The notes: generated by a model not told the origin, from the letters alone. 64,000 nt of DNA from the human T2T-CHM13v2.0 reference genome, Homo sapiens (GCF_009914755.1 NC_060928.1); one strand, 5' to 3'. Counted from the first letter of the stretch, positions 1-15,135 are shown. Made by a program: numbers and translations.

Positions 1-313
1 TGTAGAGCTTTACTACCATTTTCACTAGATTGTTTTGTGTGTGTGTGTCACTGACAACATTTTTCAGTGTTGTGCCCTAATTCCATTTTTCCTCACAAAT
101 GGTGGGTTTTTGCATAGCAAGATGCTTTTTTATTTTTTTTAAGGAACACATATGTCCGTAACTGCAAATGAACCCAGAAAAGTGAGGACGAGTTGGGAGG
201 GGAGGTTGGTATGATATAAAGACTTTGACCTATGTTCTGTAGGCAATGCTTGTGATTATTTGGGAGCAATACTTGCAATATTCTTGGATATTTTGGAGCC
301 TGGTGATTCTTAG

Positions 314-685
<372 letters not shown>

Positions 686-2156
686 TAGTCTACTTTCTAG
701 GTAAAGTGTTGAAGGAGAGTTGAAGAGGGCCTAGATTAGGGCTTCTGGGTGCTGGATTTCTCCACCAAGATGCAAGCCCCTAGAGAGTTGAGTTTGGCTA
801 GCCCTTTGGTGACAGCTTGTATTGTCCCTTAGCCCACAGATGCATCTGACTAAGAGTAGAAGAACATGTCTCTCTTTAGGAGCCCGGAGCCAGAGACAGT
901 GCTGTTTGAGATTAGGCCCCCTCTGGTGTGCCCTTCGAGAATTCCCATTGTGGGGCACTGCTCAGTTGCTCCCATCTGGTATGGGTCAAATAATCAGATT
1001 TGTGAGTGTCTCACAACCATCCCTGTACCCCAGCCAACCCTGGGTTCTGAATACAGTAGAGGCAGCTAAGCTGCTAGCTGGTCTCCAGCAGGCTCTGTGC
1101 TCAGTGGCCATCAACACCAGGTAGCTTGGCAAGCCTGCCTCCTGTGCTGACTGTGGGCCCTGGGGAAGTGTCGAGGATGTTGACGGCCTCTAGCATCTGA
1201 GGTACATCTGCCCCTCGGCCTCCGGAGGAGTGGATCCTTAGGTTTCCTTCATTATCTTACCCTTTCTCCTGGCTCCCAGAAATTACCTTGTTTTTATATG
1301 AGGCCCCAAAGCCTAGGCCATCTTGGCTGATAGATGTGAAAGCCCTTTGCTCCTTTCAGGCCCCTGGGGATTTTGGTTGTAGCCTGATTGCTGGTGGCAG
1401 CTTAATCGGGGCCATAAGATAATTTTATGGAAGACCTGGTTACTTGGCATCTGAACAAGCCTCATTGCCTCTCTGAGCATAGTCTGCTGCTTTCTGCTTT
1501 GATCAAATTCATTCCTCTTGTCCCTGCAAACCTTCAGGGGAGGCCAATGTTCAAGGCCCCTGAGCCTTAGGAATAAATAACTCTGGGTGAGAACTGCCTG
1601 TCATTGGCTGTGTGCCGGCTTTCTTCAACCTCCTCTGAGTCCTGTTCTAAGTCTAAGCCGTTGTGATTAGCTACATCCTGCCAAGTCTGTTCTGGAAATG
1701 AATAAAGCCCTTGCTGAGAGCCGGAAACATTGGTTCCAGTTCCTCCTGGGGTGAAGGTTTGTTTTGCCTTTATTTAATAGCACTCATACCTGTAAGAAGG
1801 GACATGCTCTCCAGCCCTTCTGATATAATACCTATTTATTACTTGATTTGTTGATCATCTTTCCAGCTAGGATATATGCTCCATGGGTAGTTTTTTGTTG
1901 CTGTTTCCCATCCCATTCCTAGCCCCTGGAGCAGTGCCTTACCCAGACTAGGCACCTGTGAATAGTTAGCAAATTAGTTGATAGAGCTGCCTTCTGGGTG
2001 CTAGGAACCATACTGGGTGTTTCATTCAGCGGTCACTGGTTCCACAGAGGTGAGGTGTTCTACTCAATTAAAGATGTGGACACTGAGGCACAGAAGGCAA
2101 GTATTTGTCCAAGGCTGTAGGGCTTATTGGCCAGCCACATCATTGCTGACAGCTTA

Positions 2157-2579
<423 letters not shown>

Positions 2580-2606
2580 TTATTTATTTATTTATTTTGA
2601 GACTGA

Positions 2607-2810
<204 letters not shown>

Positions 2811-2814
2811 TGAT

Positions 2815-2843
2815 CCCCCCCCCCCCCCCCCCCCCCCCCCCCC
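2815..2843. repeat. Poly-C homopolymer (29 C) inside an antisense Alu
   Basis: tgat(C)29gcctcggcc replaces the usual tgatccgcccgcctcggcc. Confidence 0.9.
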
Positions 2844-3238
2844 GCCTCGGCCTCCCAAAGTGCTGGGATTACAGGTGTGAGCCACCATGCCTGACCCAGG
2901 TCTCTTATTTTCAGTGGGTAATTGTATCAGACTCTGCCTCCCAGGTGGGGTTTGAGGGTTCTGTGTACCTGGTGTAGGCCTGGGCTAAACAGAAGAGCTT
3001 CTCGTTAGAGCATCTCCCTGTGGACTGGCTGCAGAGTTACGATATCATTCTGGTTCTGCTGTGCTCCCCACTGCCCCTTTTCAGCTGACTCTTTGCTCAT
3101 AGGAATACAGTGGTATGAGATAGGGTCATAGAATTTGGTTCCAGTCTAACACTCTTCCTGTTTCCTGCCCGCCTGTATGTCTCTATCCATTAGCAGACTC
3201 CTTTATGTATGATAGAGACACATGCACATATGCATACA

Positions 3239-3329
3239 CGGACAGTCCCTGACTTACAGTGTTTCATTTAGAATTTTTCAACTTATGATTTATTGGGAGT
3301 TAGCCCCATTGTACGTCAAGGAGCATCTG
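3239..3329. mobile_element. Short MER47/Tigger5-like MITE remnant
   Basis: Degenerate terminal inverted repeats (cggacagtccctgacttac ... gtacgtcaaggagcatctg). Confidence 0.45.
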
Positions 3330-4794
3330 CACATCGTATACATATATACCATGAATACACATAATTATATGTCACACTCCTGCTAGAGTGGGGGGGGTCA
3401 ATATCTGAAGTGCTTATAATAGCTTTATTGGGGGGGACCTCTAAGAAAAACAGAATAATTACTTAGACCTTAAATAATAAATCTATAAGAATGAAGAAAG
3501 CCCCAAAGCCCTTCCAGCTTCCATCCCGTCAGTCACCTCTCTGTCCTATACTCTGCCACTACCCCGAGCCTCATGGCTTTCTTCTCACCTGGGCTACCCT
3601 GAGTCTCCTCCTTGGTCTACAGTCTGACTTGTTCAGTCTCCCATCTGTTCTCACCAGACACAGGTGACATGGTCTCTAAATGCAGATCTCAACATGTCAT
3701 CTCTGTCCCAAAACCCTCGATGGCCCTGTCCTGAGGGTGTAGTCAGTGAGGCTTGTTAGGAACCCTCGGCACCTTTGTTGTCCTCCACACAGTGCTCGTG
3801 TGGGACATCCCTGCTCCCTTCCGCCCACCCCACCCACATACATTGTTTCTTAATTAACTCCTCCTGTCACTTGAGGCCCCATTCAGCACTGCTTCCTCTA
3901 GACAGCCCGGCTTGATCCTCAGCGCGTTTGGGCTGGGACTGCGACTCCTTTGCTGCTGCTTCCACTTGCTTAGGTCACCAGCGTCCCACTTCCGTGTTTG
4001 AGCTCACTGGCCGCCTTTCAGTTCCCCAGCCTGTGCATTGCAGCTGTTCACTGCTTCCTCCTCCTTGAAGAAGGAGGTTTTGTCTGAGTGACGGCTCCAG
4101 GTTCTCCTAGCTTTGTTTCTTTTAAATTCTCTTTTACAGATTCTATCTACCTGCCTCCCCAAGTTTTCACACATTCTGAAATCTCTACGTCCATCCGAGT
4201 TCTCACTCTTGAGTTTCCAGCTACCTTGGGCCCTTTCTCCCTGGGTGTCTCACACCCTGCTTTTCTAAAACTACACTCAGCACCTGTTTCTGTTCTCCCT
4301 TCCCTCATTGGGTTTTATGGCCTCATTCTTGCAGAGTAAGAAGCTAGATACCTTGGCGTGAGTTGTTTCTCCTTTCACCTTGGAAGCTTTAGGAATACCT
4401 AGCATCCGGCTCTCCTGACCATCCCCAGTTAGGAATGACCACTTCTCTACCCCAGCTCCTCTTTTCTCAGTGGCAGGGGCGCCATCAACACCCCACTCTT
4501 ACCCTCATTTATTCCTTCAATAAATATGAGCATCTGCTTTGTGTAAGGTCTTAGCTAGGTAGAAAGTAAATAGAGCCTTGTCCTCGTAGCGCTTACCTAA
4601 GTGAGAGCATACTGGACGAGAGACTGGAGGATGGTGGGGCCCTTTCTTGAAATGGAGTATATGTTGGCGGAAGGAGGAGGCAAGGGTTCCTTTTGGAACA
4701 CACTAAATTTGAGAAATCTGAAAAATCACCGTCAGTGTTCCCGCTAGTTTCTGGAATTGATGTATTTGATTCTGGCACTAACATACCTATTTGA

Positions 4795-5000
4795 GGGTGT
4801 GGGTCTTGGTATCAGACTGCCCTGGTTTAAGTCTAGGCTCTGTTTACTAGGTGTGGATGACTTTGGGGAAGTTCCTTAACTTTAATCCTTAGCTGCTTCA
4901 TGGGTAAAATGGGGAACATAACAGTGCTTATTTCCTTACTGGGTGATGTGAGGAGCACATGTGGTGATATTAATATTTAGGAAGCGCAGTGCCTTGTGCA
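4795..5000 (+). mobile_element. MIR SINE fragment
   Basis: tcagactgccctggtttaagtctaggctctg...gactttggggaagttccttaact...taaaatgggga...gtgaggag matches the degenerate MIR core. Confidence 0.6.
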
Positions 5001-5821
5001 GATGCAGAGAAGGCACCTCTCAGCTGTTGTTAGTTTTCTTATTCCATTGGACTCTCACCTGCATGATCCAGAACCCTTTGTAGTTGGTGAGGGCTACTTT
5101 CCCATGACCGCTAAGGTCTCCATTCACTCTGCATTTCTACGTCCCCACCACGCTGGGATGCTCTGCTGGAAATGCTCCTGTCTCACCTCAGTGCCCTGGT
5201 GAAATCCAGCCTCTTGGTGGCTTATCCCCAAGACCAGCCTTCCAAATTCCTTTGAACTCTGACTCCTGACCCTTACTAAACCCAAAAGAGAGAGAAAAAC
5301 CAGATTTGGGGTGAATTGCTGTATGGGCCAGGGCATGGAGAATGAGGGGGCTCCAGAAAGCTTCCCAGGGAAGTAGTAATGGTCTAGCTGGGCCTGCAGG
5401 GATGCAGGAGGCTGGTTTCAGAGTGGTGAGGGGTGTGCAGGCCAGGACAGCCACAAGGCACATCTTCAGCAGCCGTATTTGGAAGCCTCAATATCAGTGA
5501 AGTGGGAGGAGAGAGGCTTAGGAACAGCCTGGGTGTGGACATCAGGTGTTTCCCTTTGCTCTGCAGGCTGATTTCTCTGTCTTCCTTTGTCAGTAGCTTC
5601 TCTTTTCTAAATTCTAAGACACGCTATTGATGTGGCGGGGAGAACAAGCCCCTATATGATAGATGTGCACCCAAATGTAAGATATTTCTTGAGATCAGAA
5701 ACATTCGTGGATATGAGAACCCAGGACATGTGGTGGATCTGGGACTGTCGTGTGGTCTGAATGATCTTGTGAGTCCTAAGGTGATGTCGAGGCACCTCCC
5801 ACCTCTGTTGAAACCAACTAG

Positions 5822-6360
<539 letters not shown>

Positions 6361-6935
6361 TAATTTTTTTATAGAGACAGGATCTCACCATGTTAACCAA
6401 GCTAGTTTCCAATTCCTGGGCTCAAGAGATCCTCCCTCTTCAACTTCCCAAAGTGCTGGGGTTATAGGGCATGAGCCACTGTGCCTGCCCCATTTGTGCA
6501 TTCTGTTGAGAGCACCCGTAGTCCCATAGTATGGGCCAGCCTAAGGAGATGCAAGTCACCCTTTATTAGAGTGAAACAGTGAAGGGGATTTCCCCTCTAA
6601 ACCATTGAGGTCAAGCTAGAGAATGAGGCGCTCAGGGAGTGAGATACAGTATGCCATTTTCTCAGAACCAGACGACCAAGTGCTGAAGAAAATGCTCAGC
6701 TCAGCTGGGACGGCGGTCCCTTTGGGCATCTCCTGAAAAACCTACTCTGGCCTCCCTTTCTCCTCCTGTACTTCTTGCACACTTAGTTCCTAACTTCGTT
6801 ATAGCTGCCTGCCAGCACCCTCCTCACCCTTCTCCCCGCCCTAGATTCTGCACAGAGGCTGTGTTTGCTCATTGCTGTATTCCCAGGGCAGGGGCTGTAC
6901 TGTGAATGAGGCGGGGAGGTATGCATCCTTTCTTA

Positions 6936-7064
<129 letters not shown>

Positions 7065-7404
7065 CTACTAAAAGTAGAAAAATTAGCCTGGTGTGGTGGC
7101 ACATGCCTGTAGTCCCAGCTACTGGGAGGCTGAGGCAGGAGAATCACTTGAACCTGGGAGGTGGAGGTTGCAGTGAGCCCACTGCACTCCAGTCTGGGCA
7201 ACAGAGTGAGACTCCGTCTCAAAAACAACAACAACAACAACAAAAAAAAACTGAGTGGGATGTGATATCACACAGCATTTTAGGGCTTGAGCAGAAGGTT
7301 GGAGCTGGTCACTGGGAAGGTTTATTTGGAGAGACTGCCAACCTGGTGCTGTGGGGCTGAGTGTGGTGATGGGTATGTGTCAGCCCACAGACACTGAGCC
7401 TTTC

Positions 7405-7570
7405 CAGTGTGCCTGCACTGTTCCAAACACTCTCTTGTAATAACTTCTGGAATCCTCACACACCATTAAGGTAGGTGCAGTTCTGTTCTATAGATAAGGA
7501 AATGGGGCACAGAGAAGTTCAATGCCATGCCCCAAGGTCACAGGTTGGGGTTTGCAGGTGCCTGGATTTT
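7405..7570 (-). mobile_element. MIR SINE fragment
   Basis: aatcctcaca...aggtaggt...tatagataaggaaatggggcacagagaagtt...tgccccaaggtcaca is the reverse-strand MIR core. Confidence 0.65.
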
Positions 7571-8224
7571 ATTTTCATTATTTATTTATTTATTTATTTA
7601 TTTTTTTGAGATGGAGTTTTGCTCTCGTTGTCCAGGGTGGAGTGTAATGGCATGATCTCGGCTCCTCTGCCTCCCAGGTTCAAGAGATTCTCCTGCCTCA
7701 GCCTCCCAAGTAGCTGGAATTACAGGCATCCACCACCACTCCCGGCTAATTTTTTGTATTTTCTAGTAGAGACGGGGTTTCACCATATTGGCCAGGCTAG
7801 TCTCAAACTCCTGACCTCAGGTGATCCACCCGCCTTGGCCTCCCAGAGTGCTGGGATTACAGGTGTGAGCTACTACACCCGGCCGATGCCTGGATTTCAA
7901 TCTCAGTTGCCTGGCTCAAGAGATGTGCCCTAATTGCAGTGCCAGCCTGGCTCCACACACCATGCTTAGGAGTTAGGCCTTGATAAGGAGCCAGGGAAAG
8001 TTGCTGCGGCAAATGTTTCGGAAAGATGGCCTGGCAGTAGGGTAGACGGGCACCCAGGGACAGGAGACCCAGCATGAGCAGGCATGGTAATGGTGCACAG
8101 GAGGATGACACGGCACAGCACTGGGGATGCACAGAAGGGTGGATGTGAGAGCGTTCCTGTCGTTTCCGCCACCTGGATCCCTCTCACCTGTGTCTGTTTT
8201 GCAACTCCATCTCGTTATGCTACT

Positions 8225-8361
8225 TCAGTACGTTCCATGGTGTGGTCTCTGGAAGCAGCACCTGGGAACTTGTTAGATACGTAAATTGGAGGGCCTAGCA
8301 GGCTGTGCTTAACGAGCCCTCTGTGGGGGAGCCTGATACAGGCTCATGCTTGAGAAGCACT
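8225..8361. mobile_element. MER5A-like hAT-Charlie fragment
   Basis: gtgtggtc...gcagcacctgggaacttgttaga...ttaacgagccctct...gcttgagaagcact follows the MER5A pattern. Confidence 0.6.
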
Positions 8362-9108
8362 CTCCTAATCTAAGCCACTAGCACCCAGCAGTGGGTGGCC
8401 ACAAGGGTCTTGTCCTTGCTTTGGCTCTCTCTCAACCCTCAGGCTTGCCTGTGCTCAGGGCTTTGTGGCTCCATTAACCATGCGTCGCTGACGCTGAGTT
8501 TACCGTGGTCGGCCTCGCTTCTCAGTGAAGTCCAAGGGCCTCGCAGCCTCTGCATCTGGTGATTTCTCTGCCTTTCCTCAAAGCTTCTGCTTGGCTGCCT
8601 AGTCCACAGCCTCCCGATTCACCATTCACCTGGTCCCAGCAACAGAAGTCTCAGCTGGACACACAACATGCTTTAGAGTGAGTGGCTCTTGTCTTCTCAA
8701 CTCCGGACGGCGACAGTGAAATTGTGGGAAGAACCTGAGGCTCTGAGCTGTGGCCTCAGAAGCTCTGTCCCTTCCCTTCTGGTTCCTGAGGAGTTGGTGT
8801 GGTCATGTGTGGCAGTCCTGACTCGCACCTCCTCCCAGCAGTTAGCACGGTACCTTGCCAAGGTGGCAGGAGCCAGGAAGAAGAGTAGGAGGTGGCATAA
8901 TAATTACAATTGCAGGCTTTGGGATCAGGAAGTCCTACATGCGACAAGAATGCTTACTTCCTAAGATGAATATAGGATTAAGGATGTCATTGCGTGAAAT
9001 AGTAAGCAAATAACCTAGGGACAGGAAGGACCAGTACATTATTGAGCTCAGCTTTGTTTCAATGATGTAAGTGGCAGTATTTATCAAATTAATATCTTTG
9101 TTTTTCAG

Positions 9109-9265
9109 GACTTGAAAATACTGGAAATCTGTCCGGATCCAAATTATTTTGCAAGCCAGATGAGTAACCAGAGGGCATGAAAGGTTGAGAACATTTGACT
9201 TCCCTGCAAACCTTGGTATAGATCACTTCCTTTTCTGTAGGAAAGGAAAGGCACCAAAGAGCACA
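9109..9265 (+). other. RNF4: RNF4 exon 2, 5'UTR portion (non-coding exon 1 lies upstream of the window)
   Basis: Acceptor tctttgtttttcag ends at 9108; sequence runs without a break to the ATG at 9266. Confidence 0.8.
9160..9188 (+). promoter_or_regulatory. Two overlapping uORFs in the RNF4 5'UTR (MSNQRA*, 9160-9180; MKG*, 9177-9188)
   Basis: ATG AGT AAC CAG AGG GCA TGA and ATG AAA GGT TGA, sharing an ATGA overlap at 9177-9180. Confidence 0.6.
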
Positions 9266-9274
9266 ATGAGTACA
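9266..9274 (+). CDS. RNF4: RNF4 first coding segment (M-S-T)
   Basis: acaATGAGTACA followed by consensus donor gtaagt at 9275; joins in phase 0 to RKRRGG of the next exon. Confidence 0.95.
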
Positions 9275-10523
9275 GTAAGTTTTATCATCTCTTGAATTTT
9301 TAATTTTGTAGGGCTAATTAACTACCTTATTCCTTGTAGCACATTAGTGAAAGTGAGTTCCATAATGTCACTTCTAAGTAACCCCACTTCTTGAAGGAGT
9401 ATGTATAGGAGCTTTCTGGTGGTTACATCAGCTTACTTACCGACATTGAGCTACATTCGAGTCATAAAGGGCAGAGCCCTGAAGACAAAAGGCTGAGAAG
9501 GAATAGCTTAGGGTTTGGTAATCTCAGACCTTCACAACAGTTGTCAGTGTCATAGAAATACTAAAACTTTTTGCTTTTTAAAATTGTTTGTAGACTGGGC
9601 ATGGTGGCTCATGTGTAATCTCAACACTTGGAGGCGTGAAGGTAAAAAGATTACTTGAGCCTAGGACCAGCCAGGGCAACATAGGCCCCATCTCTACAAA
9701 CAAACAAAATGTAGCCAGGCGTGGTGGGGCGCACCTGTAGTCCCAGCTACTTGGGAGGCTGAGGCAGGAAGATTCCTTGAGCCCAAGAGTTCAAGGCTAG
9801 CTATGATCACACCACTGCATTTCGGCAGGATGACTGAGTGAGACTCTATAAAGTATTTGCAACCCAGTTTTCTGTTTTCCCGTCTGTTTTGTTTCCCTGT
9901 GACATTCTTGGTTCATTCAGTGTGAGCATGGTAGTAATAATCCATAGTGAAAAGTTTCTTATATTCACTGACCAAAGTTGATTCGTCATTATAATTACTG
10001 TTTAGCGCTTTTGTTTGTTTGTTTTTGAAACAGGGTCTCGCTCTGTCACCCAGCCTGGAGTGCAGTGGCCCGACCTCGGCTCACTGCAACCTCCACGTTC
10101 TGGGTTCAAGTGATTCTTGTGCCTCAGCCTCCCACATAGCTGCGATTACAGGCATGCACCTCCCCGCCCAGCTAATTTTGTATTTTTAATAGAGACCAGT
10201 TTTTGCCATGTTGGCCAGGCTATTTTGGTTTGTTTTTTGAGATGGAGTCTGTTGCCCAGGTTGGAGTACAGTGGTACCATCTCGGCTTGCTGCAACCTCC
10301 GCCTCCCAGGTTCAAGCGACTCTCCTGCCTCAGCCTCCGGAGTAGCTTGGATTACAGGCACCTACCACCACACCCAGCTGATTTTGTATTTTTAGTAGAG
10401 ATGTGATTTCACCATGTTGGCCAGGCTGGTCTCAAACTCCTGACCTCAAGTGATCTTGGCCTCCCAAAGTGCTAGGATGACAGGCATGAGCCACCGCACC
10501 CAGCCGTTTTTATTTGTTTTTAA

Positions 10524-10676
<153 letters not shown>

Positions 10677-10823
10677 TAAGAAAAAATTGGCCAGGTGCGG
10701 TGGCTTATGCCTGTAATCCCAGCACTTTGGGAGGCCGAGGTGGGCGGATCACGAGGTCAGGAGATCAAGACCATCCTGGCTAACACGGTGAAACCCCGTC
10801 TCTACTAAAAATACAAAAAATTA

Positions 10824-11011
<188 letters not shown>

Positions 11012-12373
11012 TTACTTTATTACCCAGGCTGATCTTGAACTCCTGGCTTCAAGCAGTCCTCCCACCTAGGCTCCCAGAGTGAGCGACAATACCCAGACTG
11101 TTTAGAGCTTTTATCACATCTGTGAGACAGCTCTGGTTTGGTGTAATTCAGGTGTCTCCTGGAACCCCTTGAGCTCTCGAGGAGATTACCTGAAGGTCCC
11201 CCTGTCCCAGTTTATTCTCTACTGACAGAGTTCTCACTGCAAGTTTGTTCAAATGATCTAAACTCAAAACATCTGTTGTCTGAAATCCTGAATTCCTTGT
11301 CAGACAGACCAGATGTGAAATAGCCTGCTGATTTCTTCCAGTGCTCCAGAAGTACTGTGAATGGTATGGGAAGATGGATGGTGGGGACAGGTGAGACTGA
11401 ACAAACAGCTGTCAGAGGGAACAGTGATGGAAATGCTGGTCACACCCTCTGAGCCTTTTGGGTCCTCACCCTCTTCTGTTACTTCCTGGCCGCCATTGTG
11501 CTCCAGGGCCCACTTTTGATGGTGATACACAAAAAAGCCCACTTCTTTGACCTCCCACCTTGGTGCTTCACCTGCAGGTTACCATGTAGCTCACCTATGG
11601 GGAAATAGGTGCTTTAAGCCTTAACCCATCTCTGCTTAGGCCAGATCAGAACAGGCAAAACAATGTAGCCTTTTGTGCATGTGTGTGAAGAAATTGGTTA
11701 AAATTCCTGAAAGTTACGGTGTGGTTATAGCTTATGTGGTTGTGATTGGATGGTCAGTTTTCACCAAAAGCTATGGACCTCTGAGGGCCCTGCTAGTGAA
11801 AAGGAAGAGAATTATGACCAGAATTATGGGAGGGCCAGAGTGGGGAGCTCTGCAGATATTCCTGGATTGATTGAGCCTGTCTTGAGTGGTGCAGGGAAGC
11901 TACTTGGGAGGAGGAGGCTCAGAGACAGCAGAGTGGGAGGGTAAAGGATGTCCTCAGGAAGGAGGTGACATTTGAGTGGGTTCTGGAAAGCTGTGCAAGA
12001 ATTGGCCAAGTAAAGAAAGGGAGGGACAGGCACTCCAGGCAGGGAAGAAGCTCTGGTTAAAGGCATGGAGGGGTCGATAGAGCAGGCAGAAAAGAGGATT
12101 CCTGAGGTTAGGGAGGGGTGGGGACATTCCTGTAATTATCCGTGAGGGGAGATTTTGGGTCCAGGACCCATGGCTGCTTTCTTGGCTCCCTCAGTGGGGC
12201 CCAGAAACCACACAGGTAGCTGTGGGACATGGAGGTCTGCTTAGCAGTGCCTAGTAAGAAAGACTTGGTCTGCTACAGGCTGGGCATGGTGGATCACAAG
12301 GTCAGGAGTTCGAGACCAGCCTGGCCAACATGGTGAAACCCCGTTTCCACTAAAAATACAAAAAAATTAGCTA

Positions 12374-12562
<189 letters not shown>

Positions 12563-12635
12563 CTATACGAGGACAAAGGACATTGTCAAAGAGAATGGGG
12601 TAAATATTTTCATTTATTTATTATTATTATTTTGA

Positions 12636-12851
<216 letters not shown>

Positions 12852-12890
12852 TGATCCACGAGAATGGGGTAAATATTAAAGAGTCCTAAG

Positions 12891-13795
12891 TGTTTGAAAT
12901 GCTTGTTTTCTGGTGCTGTAAAGAAATAGCATTTGAACGTAAATTTAATTTTTTTTAGCAAGGCCATATTTATACTTTCTGCAGAAAGGGTACACTCACC
13001 AGTTGTTTTGCCATGAGAATACATTGAATAAAGGAGACAGGGTTATTTATAACTTGATGTGTTTACTCTGCTGCTGTGTCCAGTTTTTATTGGCTGGAAC
13101 AGGACCTCACATTCTGTATTTGTCCCAATTGGCTAGCAACTTAGAACTTTTTTTTTTTTTTTTTTTTTGGAGACAGAGTCTCACTCTGTCGCCCAGGCTG
13201 GAGTGCAGTGGCATGATCTCGGGGTCACTGCAAGCTCCACCTCCCGGGTTCACACCATTCTCCTGCCGCAGCCTCCCAAGTAGCTGGGACTACAGGTGCC
13301 CGCCACCACGCCTGGCTAATTTTTTTTGTATTTTTTAGTAGAGATGGGGTTTCTACGTGTTAGCCAGGATGGTCTCGATCTTCTGACCTTGTGATCCGCC
13401 CGCCTCAGCCTCCCAAAGTGCTGGGATTACAGGCATGCGCCACCACACCTGGCCAGAACTTTTGAAAAGAGGCAAAGGCAGAGGAGAATAAAGGAAGGAG
13501 GAAGTAACTTGTGGAATGCTGAAAAAGGTAAAAATAACCTTTAAATAAGGAAGAGGAACAGGCTATGATCTAATGCTTGCTTGGACTAATATAAGCATGC
13601 CAAGGTAAATATTTAGGCTAAATTGTGGGAGCTAAGAATATAAAGTACATTGATTTCTTTATTATGGCTAGCAGATATTTAAGAATGTTAGTACAGGTCT
13701 TTGAATAAATTTTGCTTTTAAGAGAAGTTACTATTTATTTCTAATTAGATGGGGAGGAAAGTCTTTGAAGAGGAACCTCTACTTTACTTTTTACA
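12891..13795 (-). mobile_element. Solo ERV1 LTR (LTR10-like), antisense in RNF4 intron 2, interrupted by an Alu
   Basis: TG...CA termini with a 4-bp direct repeat TAAG (12887-12890, 13796-13799). Minus strand has CCAAT boxes, TATAAA (13046-13051) and ATTAAA (12944-12949) in LTR order; ~590 bp without the Alu. Subfamily from recollection of the consensus. Confidence 0.75.
13147..13454 (-). mobile_element. AluY-type element inserted in the solo LTR
   Basis: Full-length Alu with Y-type diagnostics; target-site duplication agaactttt at 13143-13151 and 13455-13463. Confidence 0.9.
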
Positions 13796-14427
13796 TAAGC
13801 AACCTGGTGGCTGCTGGGGAAACCCTTAAAACACTGGGCAGTAGAACTCCACTGAGGTTAGTGTCAGCTCCCTTGAGGCCAAGAGCAGCTGCTCACTTGG
13901 GAGTTTTGGCTGCTGTCGCTTGGCCTCTGGGCCCTCCTGGGGCTGGTTCTGTGCTCCTTAGTCCGTGGGAAGTTACTAGACCCAGCTTCATTTCCAAAAC
14001 ATCTCAAGCTGCCATTTGATAAGAGTAGCATTGGAACACAGAATCAGGCTTATCCCTGTTGCCTAGCGAGGGCTTGGCTGGATGGTGGGTGTTCCTGGAT
14101 CTTGTATGAATCTCTCCTGCAATATCTGGTCCTTTCAGAGTTTCCTGGGACAGATTGACCCTAGTAAGGCTAAGGAATTGGGATAGTAGTAGCATCTTCC
14201 GTCTCTGCGCAGTACTTTACATACATGATCTCATTTAGACCTTATAACAGCTCTGCAAGGCTGGTACTGGTGAGGAACTTGAGACTTAGTAGTGCAGTAC
14301 TTGTCCCAGGTTGTCCAGTGCAAAGGATAGCAGGACAGGGCACAGGGAGAAGAGCACGGAAACACCAGTGGGAATACAAGGTGACAGGCTCTGTTGGGAA
14401 GCTCTTTTTTTTTTGGGGGGGGGGTGA

Positions 14428-14586
<159 letters not shown>

Positions 14587-15135
14587 TAGTAGAGACGGGT
14601 TTCACCGTGTTGCCCAGGCTGATCTTGAACTCCTGACCTCTGGTGATCCGCCTGCCTCTGCCTCCCAAAGTGCTGGGATTACAGGCCTGAGCCACTGCGC
14701 CTGGCCAGCTCTGTCTCTTGATTAAGGTGGAGGATATTCTCAGCTTGTCTTTTGGGACCAGGCAGACCAGAAATGCTGGAGCATATTGGCAAACCAGCAG
14801 CCTAAGGATTTGGAAGAAAGGCTGGTCAGAGTGTCAGTTGCTTATCAACCAGCTGAGAGCCTGAACTTTCCGGAAGACATGGCTCTTGGGTAGCCACTGG
14901 GAACAGGCTTAAAACAGCTTTGGTTCTTTGAGTTCTTTGTGGGGAGTGATTGTCTGGTGTGAATCACAGTTGATAGTGCCCTGAAAGGTTCAAGGCCACA
15001 TTTCCCAGGGGAAGATAAGCTTTCCACAATGTATAGAAACTCAGAAAACTCCAAGTTCTTTATGCTAAGAAACAAAAAGGGCTCAGAAAGGCTGAACACA
15101 AAGTCAAGGAAGAGAAATTGATAACTTTTGGTTAA

